A stretch of 64,000 bases of DNA from Bacteroidales bacterium (GTDB lineage: Bacteria > Bacteroidota > Bacteroidia > Bacteroidales > GCA-2748055), in assembly GCA_023138875.1 (NCBI GenBank), contig JAGLOO010000047.1, positions 26,056-90,055 on the forward strand, in the 5' to 3' direction. This document shows, one piece after another, positions 48,916 to 60,721 of this stretch. Position 1 is the first letter of the stretch; the number at the start of each line of letters is the position of its first letter. Made by a program: the position numbers and the translations under genes. The notes under the pieces were generated by a model, which was given only the letters and a program-made list of their open reading frames with translations, was not told where the DNA came from and searched no databases.

Positions 48916-49362
48916 TTATTCAGAAACGATTTCAAAGGGAATATCCACAAGAACTTCTCTATGAAGTTTCACTGTAGCCGAATAGTTACCAATCTCCTTG
49001 ATCAAATCATCTTTGATTGAAATATTCTTTCTTTCCAATTCAAATCCCTTTTCATTCAAAGCTTCTGCAATCTGGATGGTATTTACAGAACCGAAAATCT
49101 TGCCTTTGGTGCTGGTCTTAGCGCCAATGGTCAGAGATATTTTCTTTAATTGTTCTGCCATCTGTAGTGCTGCTACCTTCAATTGTTCTTCTTTGTGAGC
49201 ACGCTGACGAAGAATCTCGGCGTGAACTTTTTTTGCCTGTTCAGTTGCATTGATTGCATAACCCTTAGGGATCAGGTAATTCCTTGCATAGCCATTTTTT
49301 ACTATAACTATCTCGTCTTTGTGTCCGAGGTTGGGCATATCCTGTTTTAAGATCACATTCAT
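48916..49362 (-). CDS. rplI: 50S ribosomal protein L9
   Basis: MNVILKQDMPNLGHKDEIVIVKNGYARNYLIPKGYA is the canonical L9 N-terminus. Confidence 0.95.
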   Translation of the reverse strand: MNVILKQDMPNLGHKDEIVIVKNGYARNYLIPKGYAINATEQAKKVHAEILRQRAHKEEQLKVAALQMAEQLKKISLTIGAKTSTKGKIFGSVNTIQIAEALNEKGFELERKNISIKDDLIKEIGNYSATVKLHREVLVDIPFEIVSE

Positions 49363-49378
49363 TTCAAGTTCCTCCTAT

Positions 49379-49648
49379 TTACTTTAGCATATCGATTACA
49401 TAGGGAAGCATTGCCAGGTGCCTTGAACGTTTGATGGCCACTGCAATTTTTCTCTGGTACTTCAAAGAAGTTCCGGTTAACCTCCGGGGAAGTATCTTAC
49501 CCTGTTCGTTCAGAAATTTCTTAAGGAATTCAGGATCTTTATAATCTATATATTTGATCCTGTTTTTTCTGAACCTGCAATATTTCTTCTTCTTGATCTC
49601 AACCGAAGGGGGAGTTAAATATCTGATTTCCGAATTATTTTGTGCCAT
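49379..49648 (-). CDS. rpsR: 30S ribosomal protein S18
   Basis: KKKYCRF...[31 protein letters not shown] is S18. The start overlaps the rpsF stop (TAATG). Confidence 0.95.
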   Translation of the reverse strand: MAQNNSEIRYLTPPSVEIKKKKYCRFRKNRIKYIDYKDPEFLKKFLNEQGKILPRRLTGTSLKYQRKIAVAIKRSRHLAMLPYVIDMLK

Positions 49649-50004
49649 TATTCATCCTCCTGTTTTTGTTCTGCTGATTTTCTTGCTCTCTTCTTCTCAC
49701 TGTAAACTACCGCGTATTTTTCCATCTTCATGGTAAGGAACCGGATGATTCGCTCATCCCTCCGGTACTCTGTTTCAAGTTTCGCGATTAAGCCAGGCTC
49801 AGCTCTGAACTCGATCAGGTGGTAAAAGCCAGTGGATTTTTTCTGAATGGGGTAAGCAAGTTTCTTCAAACCCCAATCTTCCTCATGTACGATCTCACCT
49901 TTGCTATCGGTGATCACTTTTTTGAATTTGTTAACCGCTTCCTTCATCTGGCTTTCAGACAAAACGGGAGTAGCAATGAAAACGGTTTCGTATTGGTTCA
50001 ACAT
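49648..50004 (-). CDS. rpsF: 30S ribosomal protein S6
   Basis: The ATG at 50004 gives [17 protein letters not shown]..., the canonical S6 start. The track extension to 50079 is not S6-like. Confidence 0.9.
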   Translation of the reverse strand: MLNQYETVFIATPVLSESQMKEAVNKFKKVITDSKGEIVHEEDWGLKKLAYPIQKKSTGFYHLIEFRAEPGLIAKLETEYRRDERIIRFLTMKMEKYAVVYSEKKRARKSAEQKQEDE

Positions 50005-50036
50005 GTAATAAAATTTAGTTATTAAAAAATCGACTG

Positions 50037-50044
50037 CAAAAGTA
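50037..50044 (-). promoter_or_regulatory. Candidate -7 promoter box (TACTTTTG) for rpsF-rpsR-rplI
   Basis: The minus strand reads CTACTTTTGCAG, 33 nt upstream of the rpsF ATG. The core TACTTTTGC is the same as the one upstream of rplS. Confidence 0.4.
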
Positions 50045-50095
50045 GGAAGTTTTTGAATAACAGCCAAGAATGCATTCATTTTTCTCTAAACAATT

Positions 50096-50141
50096 TCACT
50101 TTCCACCTTTCTCACTTTCCACTTTTTTACTATTCCACTTT
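50096..50141 (+). repeat. Three direct TTCCAC(C/T)TT repeats at exact 16-bp spacing
   Basis: TTCCACCTT at 50101, TTCCACTTT at 50117 and TTCCACTTT at 50133. The first two extend to 15-mers, TCACTTTCCACCTTT / TCACTTTCCACTTTT. The array lies between the rpsF and dnaX promoter candidates. Confidence 0.6.
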
Positions 50142-50167
50142 CTAACTAAGTTGTTATCTTTAACAAT

Positions 50168-50175
50168 TAATTTTG
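50168..50175 (+). promoter_or_regulatory. Candidate -7 promoter box (TAATTTTG) for dnaX
   Basis: Matches TAnnTTTG only 5 nt before the dnaX ATG at 50181, which implies a leaderless or near-leaderless mRNA if it is used. Confidence 0.3.
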
Positions 50176-50180
50176 AGTAC

Positions 50181-51938
50181 ATGGATAAATATATTGTATC
50201 GGCCCGTAAGTACAGACCCGCTAGTTTTGGCGATGTCATTGGGCAATCTTCCATTACCACTACACTCAAGAATTCCATACTGAATAATCACCTTGGACAT
50301 GCGTACCTGTTTAGTGGTCCCCGCGGAGTGGGGAAAACCACCTGTGCACGGATTTTTGCCAAAACCATCAATTGTTTCAATATATCCGATGCAGGTGAAG
50401 CATGCAACCAGTGCGAATCCTGCCAGTCATTCAATGAAAACCGTTCTTACAACATTCATGAACTGGATGCAGCATCCAATAACTCGGTGGATGATATCAG
50501 GACGCTGACCGAGCAGGTAAGGATCCCTCCTCAGATCGGTTCTTACAGCATATACATCATAGATGAGGTGCACATGCTTTCACAGGCGGCATTCAATGCG
50601 TTTCTGAAGACCCTGGAAGAACCTCCGCGTCATGCCGTTTTTGTGCTGGCCACTACAGAAAAGCACAAAATCATTCCTACCATTTTATCCCGTTGTCAGA
50701 TCTTTGATTTCAACAGGATCAGGATTGAGGATGCGGTCGAATACATGAAACAGATAGCTCTTAAGGAGTCGCTTGACTACGAAGAAGATGCGCTGCATAT
50801 TATCGCTCAAAAAGCCGACGGGGCTATGCGAGATGCCCTATCCATCTTTGACCAGGTAGTGAGCTTTGCCGGAGAAAAGATTACCTACCAGGATGTTATT
50901 AAGAACCTTAATATCCTGGATTATGAGTATTTCTTCAGGCTTACATCATCCATGCTTGAAAATAATACTGCATCTGCACTGTTGCTTTTCAATGAGGTCC
51001 TGGTCAAAGGATTCGACGCCAGGAATTTCATCAATGGATATGCTGCACATCTGCGTGATCTCATGGTATGTAAAAACCCGGAGACCATACAGCTTATGGA
51101 GGTGGGTGCCGGCATTAAGGAAAAATACCTTTCCCAGTCTGACCAGGTTTCCCTGCCTTTTCTCTATGCCGGGCTGGATATCTGTAACCAGGCAGACATA
51201 CAATTCAGATCAAGCAGAAACCAGAGATTGACCATTGAACTTGCCCTTGTGAAGCTGGCCAATCTCTCAGAGGTTCAAAAAAAAAAATCAGTAACTGAAC
51301 CGGTTGTTCCGGCAAGTTCGGAGCAAACTTTAAAAGCGGAACCATCCGCTGAGACGCTACAACCCACAATAGCGGAACCATCCGCTAAACCTGAGCAACC
51401 CTTAGAGTCTGAGAACGCAGAGCACAACAATAACGGTAGCAGGGTAGTAAGAAAGCCCTCCATATCCATCAAGGAGACCCTGCAGGGAGTATCAGCAGAA
51501 CCGGAGAAAGTTGAAGAGGTTGTTGCTTCGGAGGGAGAGGTTGAATCCCTCCCGGCCCAGGAGAAGGAAGCAGTGGATCCGGACCGGATCCTGAATGCAT
51601 GGAACGACTATGCTACTTCCATCGAGAAAAGCAATCCCCGGATCTTCAGCACCCTCAAGTACAACCGACCGGTGATAAAGGCCGATGGTACGATTATGGT
51701 ACTCCTCAATAGTGAAGCCCAGCGTGATCACTTCTTACAGAGTATTAAATCGAAGATGGTCGGCTTCATTCAAAATGCTACCGGGATGGACTCGGTGGAA
51801 ATCATGACCGAGGTTGCTGAAGGTGAGCAGAATGGAAAGAAGATATATACAGAACAGGATAAGCTGGATTTCCTGATGAATAAGAATCCTGAGCTGGGTC
51901 ACTTGAAATCGCTGTTTAATCTTGATTTTGATGATTGA
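50181..51938 (+). CDS. dnaX: DNA polymerase III subunits gamma/tau
   Basis: The ATG at 50181 gives MDKYIVSARKYRPASFGDVIGQ. The Walker A motif is GPRGVGKTT, the zinc module is CNQCESCQ, and SRC is present in TILSRCQIFDF. A P/E/A-rich linker and a tau C-terminal domain follow. Confidence 0.92.
   Translation: MDKYIVSARKYRPASFGDVIGQSSITTTLKNSILNNHLGHAYLFSGPRGVGKTTCARIFAKTINCFNISDAGEACNQCESCQSFNENRSYNIHELDAASNNSVDDIRTLTEQVRIPPQIGSYSIYIIDEVHMLSQAAFNAFLKTLEEPPRHAVFVLATTEKHKIIPTILSRCQIFDFNRIRIEDAVEYMKQIALKESLDYEEDALHIIAQKADGAMRDALSIFDQVVSFAGEKITYQDVIKNLNILDYEYFFRLTSSMLENNTASALLLFNEVLVKGFDARNFINGYAAHLRDLMVCKNPETIQLMEVGAGIKEKYLSQSDQVSLPFLYAGLDICNQADIQFRSSRNQRLTIELALVKLANLSEVQKKKSVTEPVVPASSEQTLKAEPSAETLQPTIAEPSAKPEQPLESENAEHNNNGSRVVRKPSISIKETLQGVSAEPEKVEEVVASEGEVESLPAQEKEAVDPDRILNAWNDYATSIEKSNPRIFSTLKYNRPVIKADGTIMVLLNSEAQRDHFLQSIKSKMVGFIQNATGMDSVEIMTEVAEGEQNGKKIYTEQDKLDFLMNKNPELGHLKSLFNLDFDD
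51277..51287 (+). other. A11 slippery run inside dnaX (candidate frameshift/transcriptional slippage site)
   Basis: The 0 frame reads CAA AAA AAA AAA TCA GTA ACT GAA. The -1 frame reads ATC AGT AAC TGA. The +1 frame reads AAT CAG TAA. Confidence 0.5.
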
Positions 51939-51993
51939 ACATAAACGATGAAAAATTGTATTTATATACATTAACCTCACTTGTTTTACAGAT

Positions 51994-53259
51994 ATGACAG
52001 GAGAAAAAATCATCAATCAGTACGGGAGCATTCAGGTTCCCGATTTCCCCATAGTTCCTTTTATTGAAGGGGACGGAACAGGACCTGATATCTGGGCTGC
52101 ATCCGTCAGGGTGTTGGACGCAGCAGTAGAAAAGGCATACGGTGGGAAGAAGAAGATAGTCTGGAAAGAAGTATATGCCGGTGAAAAAGCATATAACCGG
52201 ACAGGAAAGTGGCTGCCGGAGGAGACACTGGATACCATCCATGAACACCTTGTGGCCATCAAGGGTCCGCTTACGACCCCGGTAGGAGGTGGCATCAGAT
52301 CTTTGAATGTGGCATTGAGACAGATCCTGGATCTTTATGTTTGTCTTCGCCCTGTAAAATATTACAAAGGAGTCCCCTCTCCGGTTAAGAATCCGACCAC
52401 AACTAACATGGTAATCTTTCGGGAAAACACGGAAGATATTTATGCGGGGATAGAGTGGATGACAGGTACCGAAGAGGGAGAGAAGATCAAGAAATTTCTT
52501 ATGGAAGAGATGGGGGTTTCTACCATTCGTTTCCCGGAAACTACATCCATCGGTATCAAACCGATTTCAAAAGAAGGTACATCAAGACTGGTTCGTGCAG
52601 CTATCCAGTATGCGATTCGCAACAATCAGCCTTCTGTAACCATTGTCCATAAAGGCAATATCATGAAATTCACCGAGGGACAGTTCAAGCAATGGAGTTA
52701 CGAACTGGCTGAACAGGAATTTGGTGGCCAGGTCTTTACCTGGAACCAGTATGACAGGATCGCAGAAAAGGAAGGCAAACAAAAAGCGGATGAGGCGCAG
52801 GAAGCTGCTCTTAAATCCGGGAAGATTCTGATCAAGGATGTAATTGCCGATGCATTCCTGCAGCAGATACTGACACGTCCGGCCGAATATTCGGTGATAG
52901 CTACCATGAACCTGAACGGGGATTATATTTCCGATGCACTGGCGGCAATAGTAGGAGGGATCGGAATTGCTCCGGGTGCCAATATCAATTATGAAACGGG
53001 CCATGCTATATTTGAAGCCACCCACGGAACAGCTCCTAAATATGCAGGTCTGGACAAGGTAAATCCAGGCTCTGTGATCCTTTCAGGAGTGTTGATGTTG
53101 CAGTACATGGGATGGAACGAGGCGGCCGATCTGATCATCAAAGGACTTCAGGATGCCATCCTGAAGAAGCAAGTGACCTATGATTTTGCACGTTTGATGG
53201 ATGATCCCACCGAATTAAAATGTTCCGAATTCGGTTCAGCAATCATCGAAAATATGTAA
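51994..53259 (+). CDS. icd: NADP-dependent isocitrate dehydrogenase
   Basis: [14 protein letters not shown]-like start ([14 protein letters not shown]), [31 protein letters not shown] and HGTAPKYAG motifs. Confidence 0.95.
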   Translation: MTGEKIINQYGSIQVPDFPIVPFIEGDGTGPDIWAASVRVLDAAVEKAYGGKKKIVWKEVYAGEKAYNRTGKWLPEETLDTIHEHLVAIKGPLTTPVGGGIRSLNVALRQILDLYVCLRPVKYYKGVPSPVKNPTTTNMVIFRENTEDIYAGIEWMTGTEEGEKIKKFLMEEMGVSTIRFPETTSIGIKPISKEGTSRLVRAAIQYAIRNNQPSVTIVHKGNIMKFTEGQFKQWSYELAEQEFGGQVFTWNQYDRIAEKEGKQKADEAQEAALKSGKILIKDVIADAFLQQILTRPAEYSVIATMNLNGDYISDALAAIVGGIGIAPGANINYETGHAIFEATHGTAPKYAGLDKVNPGSVILSGVLMLQYMGWNEAADLIIKGLQDAILKKQVTYDFARLMDDPTELKCSEFGSAIIENM

Positions 53260-53291
53260 GCTAACAATATTAACTTTCTAACTAACGAAAT

Positions 53292-53798
53292 ATGTTACCT
53301 GAAAAAGTAGAAGAGATACTTAATGTACAGATCTACAAAGAAGATTATTCTTCCCAATTGTACCTTTCAATGGCATCGTGGGCTGAAAACAAGGGTTTTG
53401 AGGGTGTGTCAAACTGGTTATATAATCAGGCTGAGGAGGAACGGATGCATATGTTAAAGCTGGTAAAATATATCAACGCCAGAGACGGCAATGCAGTTAT
53501 TCCGGGAATTGAAAAGCCACCCGTTGATTTTGGAGATGTGAAAGTGATGTTTGATAAAGTCCTGGAGCATGAGAAGTTTATCTCTGGATCAATCAATGAG
53601 ATCGTGGTGGTTTGTATTGCTGAAAACGATTTTACTACCCAGAACTGGATCCAGTGGTTTGTAACGGAGCAAATTGAGGAAGAAGCATCGGTGAAAACGA
53701 TCATTGACAAACTGAACCTGATCGGTAAGAACAACCTCTATATGTTTGACCGCGATATTATGTCCATGCGGGGAACCGAAGGGGAGACAGAAGCATAA
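53292..53798 (+). CDS. ftnA: Ferritin (non-heme, FtnA-like)
   Basis: LNVQIYKEDYSSQLYLSMASWAENKGFEGVSNWLYNQAEEERMHMLKL contains the ferroxidase-centre ligands (E, ExxH). Confidence 0.9.
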   Translation: MLPEKVEEILNVQIYKEDYSSQLYLSMASWAENKGFEGVSNWLYNQAEEERMHMLKLVKYINARDGNAVIPGIEKPPVDFGDVKVMFDKVLEHEKFISGSINEIVVVCIAENDFTTQNWIQWFVTEQIEEEASVKTIIDKLNLIGKNNLYMFDRDIMSMRGTEGETEA

Positions 53799-53855
53799 AA
53801 AGGTAAATTTGTCATCGCTCAACAATTAATAGTAATTAAATAAACACATCGGATC

Positions 53856-56800
53856 ATGGATGTTGGCAAAATCATAGGAAAGTTGGCAGGAAATAAGGCG
53901 GACAGGGATATGCGCGAGGTGACGCCTTTTGTGAACGAGATAGAGAAATCATATGAAGTCATTAAGGGTTTAACCAATGATGAATTACGAGAGCGATCCC
54001 GGGCCCTTAAAAAGAGGGTTGAGGACCATGTGTCAGAGGATAAGTCGACGCTGGAAGATATGAAGGTGAAAGCTGAAGATCCGGAAGTTGATGTTACGGA
54101 AAAGGAATTCATATACCAGGAGATTGATAAACTGGGAGATGACATTGATGAGAAGTATGAGACTGTATTAAATGAGATCCTTCCGGAAGCCTTTGCAGTG
54201 ATCAAAGAGACTGCCAAGCGATTCAAGGAGAATGATCAAGTTGAGGTAACAGCCCTGGATTACGACAGAACCCTGGCTGCTTCCAGAGAATCGATTGAGA
54301 TCAAAGGCGATAAGGCCATCTGGGAAAACAGGTGGATGGCAGGTGGAAATGAGATCACATGGGATATGGTGCATTATGATGTACAGCTTATTGGTGGTGT
54401 TTCACTTCACAGTGGCAGGATCGCTGAAATGGCAACCGGAGAGGGAAAGACACTGGTGGCAACCCTGCCTGTATTCCTCAATGCGCTTACCGGAAAAGGA
54501 GTTCATTTGGTGACGGTAAATGATTACCTGGCCAAACGTGACTGCGAATGGATGGGGCCGATCTATGAATTCCATGGGCTTACTGTGGATTGTATTGACA
54601 AACACCAGCCCAACTCTGAAGCAAGGAGGAAAGCCTATAACTGTGATATCACTTTTGGAACCAACAATGAATTCGGTTTTGACTATCTGCGTGACAATAT
54701 GGCGCACAGTCCGGGTGAGCTGGTACAGCGCAAACACAATTATGCCATCGTTGATGAAGTGGATTCTGTCCTGGTAGATGATGCCAGAACCCCCTTGATT
54801 ATTTCAGGGCCTGTCCCCAAGGGCGAACACCACGAGTTCGGGGAGTACAAGCCAAAAGTAGAAAAACTGCTAAGTACTCAAAAACAACTGGTTAACAGCA
54901 TATTTTCCGAGGCCCGTAAATTACTGAGTGAGGGCGATACTGAAAAAGCAGGCTTCAAATTACTGCAGGCCCATAAGGGATTGCCAAAGTACAAACCACT
55001 GATCAAATTATTGAGTGAAGAGGGAAATAAATCCCTGATGCTGAAGACGGAGAATCATTATATGCAGGAGCAATCCAAAAACATGCACGTGGTGACTGAT
55101 GATCTTTGCTTTATCATTGAAGAAAAGATGAATTCAGTGGAGCTAACTGAAAAAGGCATTGATTTGATCACGGGAGCCTCGGACGATCCGGCTTTCTTTA
55201 TACTTCCGGATATCGGAAGCGAGGTAGCTGATATTGAAAAGTCTGAAATGTCGGACAAGAAGAAGCTCGAGGTCAAGGACAAAATGCTCCAGGATTATGC
55301 TGTAAAGTCAGAACGCATCCATACGGTCAATCAGCTCCTGAAGGCCTATACCATGTTTGAGAAAGAAGTGGAGTATGTGCTTATGGACAACAAGGTAAAG
55401 ATTGTCGATGAGCAGACAGGCAGGATCATGGAAGGTCGAAGGTACAGTGACGGATTACACCAGGCCATTGAGGCCAAGGAGAATGTGAAGGTAGAAGCTG
55501 CTACACAAACATGGGCCACCATCACCCTGCAAAACTACTTCAGGATGTATCACAAATTGGCAGGAATGACCGGTACAGCTGAAACAGAAGCAGGCGAACT
55601 ATGGGATATCTATAAGCTGGATGTGATGGTGATCCCCACCAATAGACCCATTGTCAGAGATGACCAGGAGGACCTGGTCTACAAAACGAAGCGTGAGAAG
55701 TACAATGCAGTGATCGATGAACTTGTCAAGCTCAATAAAGCGGGTCGGCCCGCGCTTGTTGGAACCACCACAGTTGAAGTATCCGAGTTGTTGTCAAAAA
55801 TGCTCAACATCAGGAAAATAAGCCATAATGTACTGAATGCCAAGCTTCATCAGCGAGAAGCAGAAGTGGTGGCCCAGGCCGGAAAAGCAGGAACGGTTAC
55901 CATCGCCACCAATATGGCAGGCAGGGGAACCGATATCAAGCTGAGCCCGGAGGTAAAGAAAGCAGGGGGCTTGGCCATCATTGGTACAGAACGGCATGAA
56001 TCAAGAAGGGTAGACCGTCAGTTGCGTGGTCGTTCAGGAAGGCAGGGTGATCCTGGATCTTCCCAATTCTATGTTTCACTTGAAGATGACCTGATGCGGT
56101 TATTTGGTTCGGACCGGATTGCAGGGATGATGGACCGCCTTGGACTTAAAGAAGGGGAAGTCATACAGCATTCTATGATCACCAAATCCATTGAACGGGC
56201 TCAGAAAAAGGTGGAGGAGAACAATTTTGGGATCAGGAAGAACCTGCTGGAGTATGACGATGTAATGAATTCTCAACGGGAGGTTATTTATAAGAGGAGA
56301 AAGCATGCATTGTTTGGGGAACGGATCGGTCTGGATATTGCAAACATGATGTTTGATGTGACCGATAGCATTGTAAATACCTTTCACCTGAACGGTGACT
56401 TTGATGGATTTAAGCTTGAACTGATAAGGTTCTTCTCCATTGAATCCCCTGTTTCTGAGGAGGAGTTTAAAAAGTCAGATAGCCAGGAACTGATCGATTC
56501 AATTTATGAAGTCCTGCTTGATTCTTATAAGCGAAAGCAGGAAAGTATTTCCGAGCAGGCCATGCCGGTGATCAACCAGGTGTATGAGCATCAGCGGCAG
56601 GTATATGAAAATATAGTGGTACCCGTTTCCGACGGGACACGGGTATTTCAGGTACTTGCAAACCTTGAGAACTGCTATGAATCGAAAGGCAAGGAGCTGG
56701 TCAGGTCTTATGAAAAAAGCATTATCCTTGCTACTATTGATCAGTCATGGCAGGAGCATCTGCGCGAATTGGACGACCTCAGGCAATCGGTCAGAAACGC

Positions 56801-57170
56801 CCAATATGAACAGAAAGATCCTTTATTGATCTATAAGTTCGAAGCATTTGAACTCTTTTCGGCCATGATTGATAAAGTGAACCGGGATGTGATATCCACA
56901 CTGATGAAAGCCCATATTCCATTGCGTGATCCCCAGAGTGTTAAGCGGGCTGAAGCTCCCAAAAGGATGGACCTGAGTAAATTCGAAGCCAATAAGGATG
57001 ATATGCCCAGGTACAATGATCCTTCAGTCGGAGGACAGGGGAAAGATGGCCGTACACAGGCACAGCAACCGATCAGGGTTGAAAAGAAAGTTGGGCGCAA
57101 TGATCCCTGTCCGTGTGGCAGTGGAAAGAAATATAAGAATTGTCACGGCAGGCCGGGAGCAGCCGGGTAA
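53856..57170 (+). CDS. secA: Preprotein translocase ATPase SecA
   Basis: Contains [33 protein letters not shown] and [12 protein letters not shown], plus the C-terminal zinc motif [14 protein letters not shown]. Confidence 0.97.
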   Translation: MDVGKIIGKLAGNKADRDMREVTPFVNEIEKSYEVIKGLTNDELRERSRALKKRVEDHVSEDKSTLEDMKVKAEDPEVDVTEKEFIYQEIDKLGDDIDEKYETVLNEILPEAFAVIKETAKRFKENDQVEVTALDYDRTLAASRESIEIKGDKAIWENRWMAGGNEITWDMVHYDVQLIGGVSLHSGRIAEMATGEGKTLVATLPVFLNALTGKGVHLVTVNDYLAKRDCEWMGPIYEFHGLTVDCIDKHQPNSEARRKAYNCDITFGTNNEFGFDYLRDNMAHSPGELVQRKHNYAIVDEVDSVLVDDARTPLIISGPVPKGEHHEFGEYKPKVEKLLSTQKQLVNSIFSEARKLLSEGDTEKAGFKLLQAHKGLPKYKPLIKLLSEEGNKSLMLKTENHYMQEQSKNMHVVTDDLCFIIEEKMNSVELTEKGIDLITGASDDPAFFILPDIGSEVADIEKSEMSDKKKLEVKDKMLQDYAVKSERIHTVNQLLKAYTMFEKEVEYVLMDNKVKIVDEQTGRIMEGRRYSDGLHQAIEAKENVKVEAATQTWATITLQNYFRMYHKLAGMTGTAETEAGELWDIYKLDVMVIPTNRPIVRDDQEDLVYKTKREKYNAVIDELVKLNKAGRPALVGTTTVEVSELLSKMLNIRKISHNVLNAKLHQREAEVVAQAGKAGTVTIATNMAGRGTDIKLSPEVKKAGGLAIIGTERHESRRVDRQLRGRSGRQGDPGSSQFYVSLEDDLMRLFGSDRIAGMMDRLGLKEGEVIQHSMITKSIERAQKKVEENNFGIRKNLLEYDDVMNSQREVIYKRRKHALFGERIGLDIANMMFDVTDSIVNTFHLNGDFDGFKLELIRFFSIESPVSEEEFKKSDSQELIDSIYEVLLDSYKRKQESISEQAMPVINQVYEHQRQVYENIVVPVSDGTRVFQVLANLENCYESKGKELVRSYEKSIILATIDQSWQEHLRELDDLRQSVRNAQYEQKDPLLIYKFEAFELFSAMIDKVNRDVISTLMKAHIPLRDPQSVKRAEAPKRMDLSKFEANKDDMPRYNDPSVGGQGKDGRTQAQQPIRVEKKVGRNDPCPCGSGKKYKNCHGRPGAAG

Positions 57171-57175
57171 GGAAT

Positions 57176-58066
57176 TTAATGAAGCTTGCTATCCAGGTCC
57201 CTGATCTCCTGATATAATTTTCCGGTGGCCGGTACAAGCGGCAATCTTAACACATTCTCCATCCATCCCTGGATCTCCATTGAGGCTTTCACACCTGCTG
57301 GATTTCCCTCCTTAAAGATGGCTTTCATCATGGATGACAGCTTGTAGTGTAATTCGCGAGCTTTTTCGAATGAACCATCAAGTGCTGCTGAAACCATGGT
57401 TGAAAAGAGGGCAGGGTAGGCATTTCCGATTACGCTCACCACCCCATCACCTCCAATAGCGATCATGGGAAGGGTAATGGAATCGTCGCCCGATACCACC
57501 AGGAAATCCTCCGGCTTTTTTTCTATGATATCCATAACCTGCTCAAAGTCACCAGAAGCTTCCTTCACTGCAACGATGGTCCCATGGAAGTCGTTTGCCA
57601 GGCGAAGTACTGTTTCAGCCGAAATGTTTGAACCCGTGCGACCCGGAACATTGTATAACATCACCGGAAGGTCTGCTACTGCAGCGAGTGCTGCAAAATG
57701 CTGATACATTCCTTCCTGTGAAGGTTTGTTATAATATGGGGCTACGCTCAATAATCCGTTCACCCCGTTCAGGTCCATGGATTTTACCAATTCAACCACT
57801 GACCTGGTATCATTTCCGCCGGCACCAACGATGATAGGGACCCTGCTTCCGCAAGCATCCACCACGCACCGGACCACATCTGATTTCTCACTGGCTGAAA
57901 GGGTAGGCGTTTCCGCTGTTGTCCCCAGAACAACAAGGTAATTGATCCCATTCTTGATCAATCTGTCTGTATGCAAAATGAGTCTGTCGAAGTCTACTTC
58001 GCCAACCTGGTTAAATGGTGTAACCATTGCAACACCTGTGCCTGTAAATTGATGTGTTAATGCCAT
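57176..58066 (-). CDS. dapA: 4-hydroxy-tetrahydrodipicolinate synthase
   Basis: GTGVAMVTPF..., VVLGTTAETPTLS, the active-site Lys context VAVKEASGD, and YNVPGRTG. Confidence 0.95.
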   Translation of the reverse strand: MALTHQFTGTGVAMVTPFNQVGEVDFDRLILHTDRLIKNGINYLVVLGTTAETPTLSASEKSDVVRCVVDACGSRVPIIVGAGGNDTRSVVELVKSMDLNGVNGLLSVAPYYNKPSQEGMYQHFAALAAVADLPVMLYNVPGRTGSNISAETVLRLANDFHGTIVAVKEASGDFEQVMDIIEKKPEDFLVVSGDDSITLPMIAIGGDGVVSVIGNAYPALFSTMVSAALDGSFEKARELHYKLSSMMKAIFKEGNPAGVKASMEIQGWMENVLRLPLVPATGKLYQEIRDLDSKLH

Positions 58067-58074
58067 TAATTGAA

Positions 58075-58614
58075 TTAGTTTGAAGGATTTAACATGGAAA
58101 CATAGTGTTTGATCTGATCCGCCAGGTATCCGATATCGGTTTTCCCGGTGAGATTGATCATCAGATCATAGTCATTTTCCTGTTCGGTATAGCAGCCAAT
58201 TTTAAACCTGGCAGTGGAAAGCTGAACCAGGAACTGCAGTTCGAGCGGAGCCTGCATGGTAAAATCGATCAGGATATCAGGATCCAGAGTATAAAACGCA
58301 TCCACAACCTCTCCTGTGGGTTTCAGATACCAGTTTCTGTCGCTTCGGGTAATGAATGAATAGTTTTTCCAAAAGAGCATCTCCTGCGGTATCTCTTTTT
58401 GACGAACAAATCCAAAAGCCCTGCATTGAATGCCCTTTTCTTCAATAAACTTTCTGAATTCTTTGATTACCGGAAAGGATTCCGGATCGCTGGTGTCGAA
58501 AAGGAGCACAGCTGATTTTGCAGTTTCAAAATTGTGTACTTGAATTTCCCGCTGAAATCCCTTCTTTTTCTTTTTCAGAACCCTCCAGCCAATGTATTCT
58601 TTCAATCCCGCCAT
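58075..58614 (-). CDS. Conserved hypothetical protein
   Basis: 179-aa ORF packed between ligA and dapA on the same strand. No motif recognised. Confidence 0.55.
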   Translation of the reverse strand: MAGLKEYIGWRVLKKKKKGFQREIQVHNFETAKSAVLLFDTSDPESFPVIKEFRKFIEEKGIQCRAFGFVRQKEIPQEMLFWKNYSFITRSDRNWYLKPTGEVVDAFYTLDPDILIDFTMQAPLELQFLVQLSTARFKIGCYTEQENDYDLMINLTGKTDIGYLADQIKHYVSMLNPSN

Positions 58615-58651
58615 TGTTCAGGCAAAAATACAATTAAAAAATGATTGACCG

Positions 58652-60664
<2,013 letters not shown>

Positions 60665-60721
60665 TTAAACAAAAGTAAAAAATATTTCTCCTTTAGGTTT
60701 TATTCTCTACTTTTAGGAGCA

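Noticed and set aside
50005-50036. Structured S6:S18-binding autoregulatory leader upstream of rpsF
   Set aside because: The candidate promoter box leaves only about 25-30 nt of AT-rich leader, with no helix or CCG-bulge-like element.
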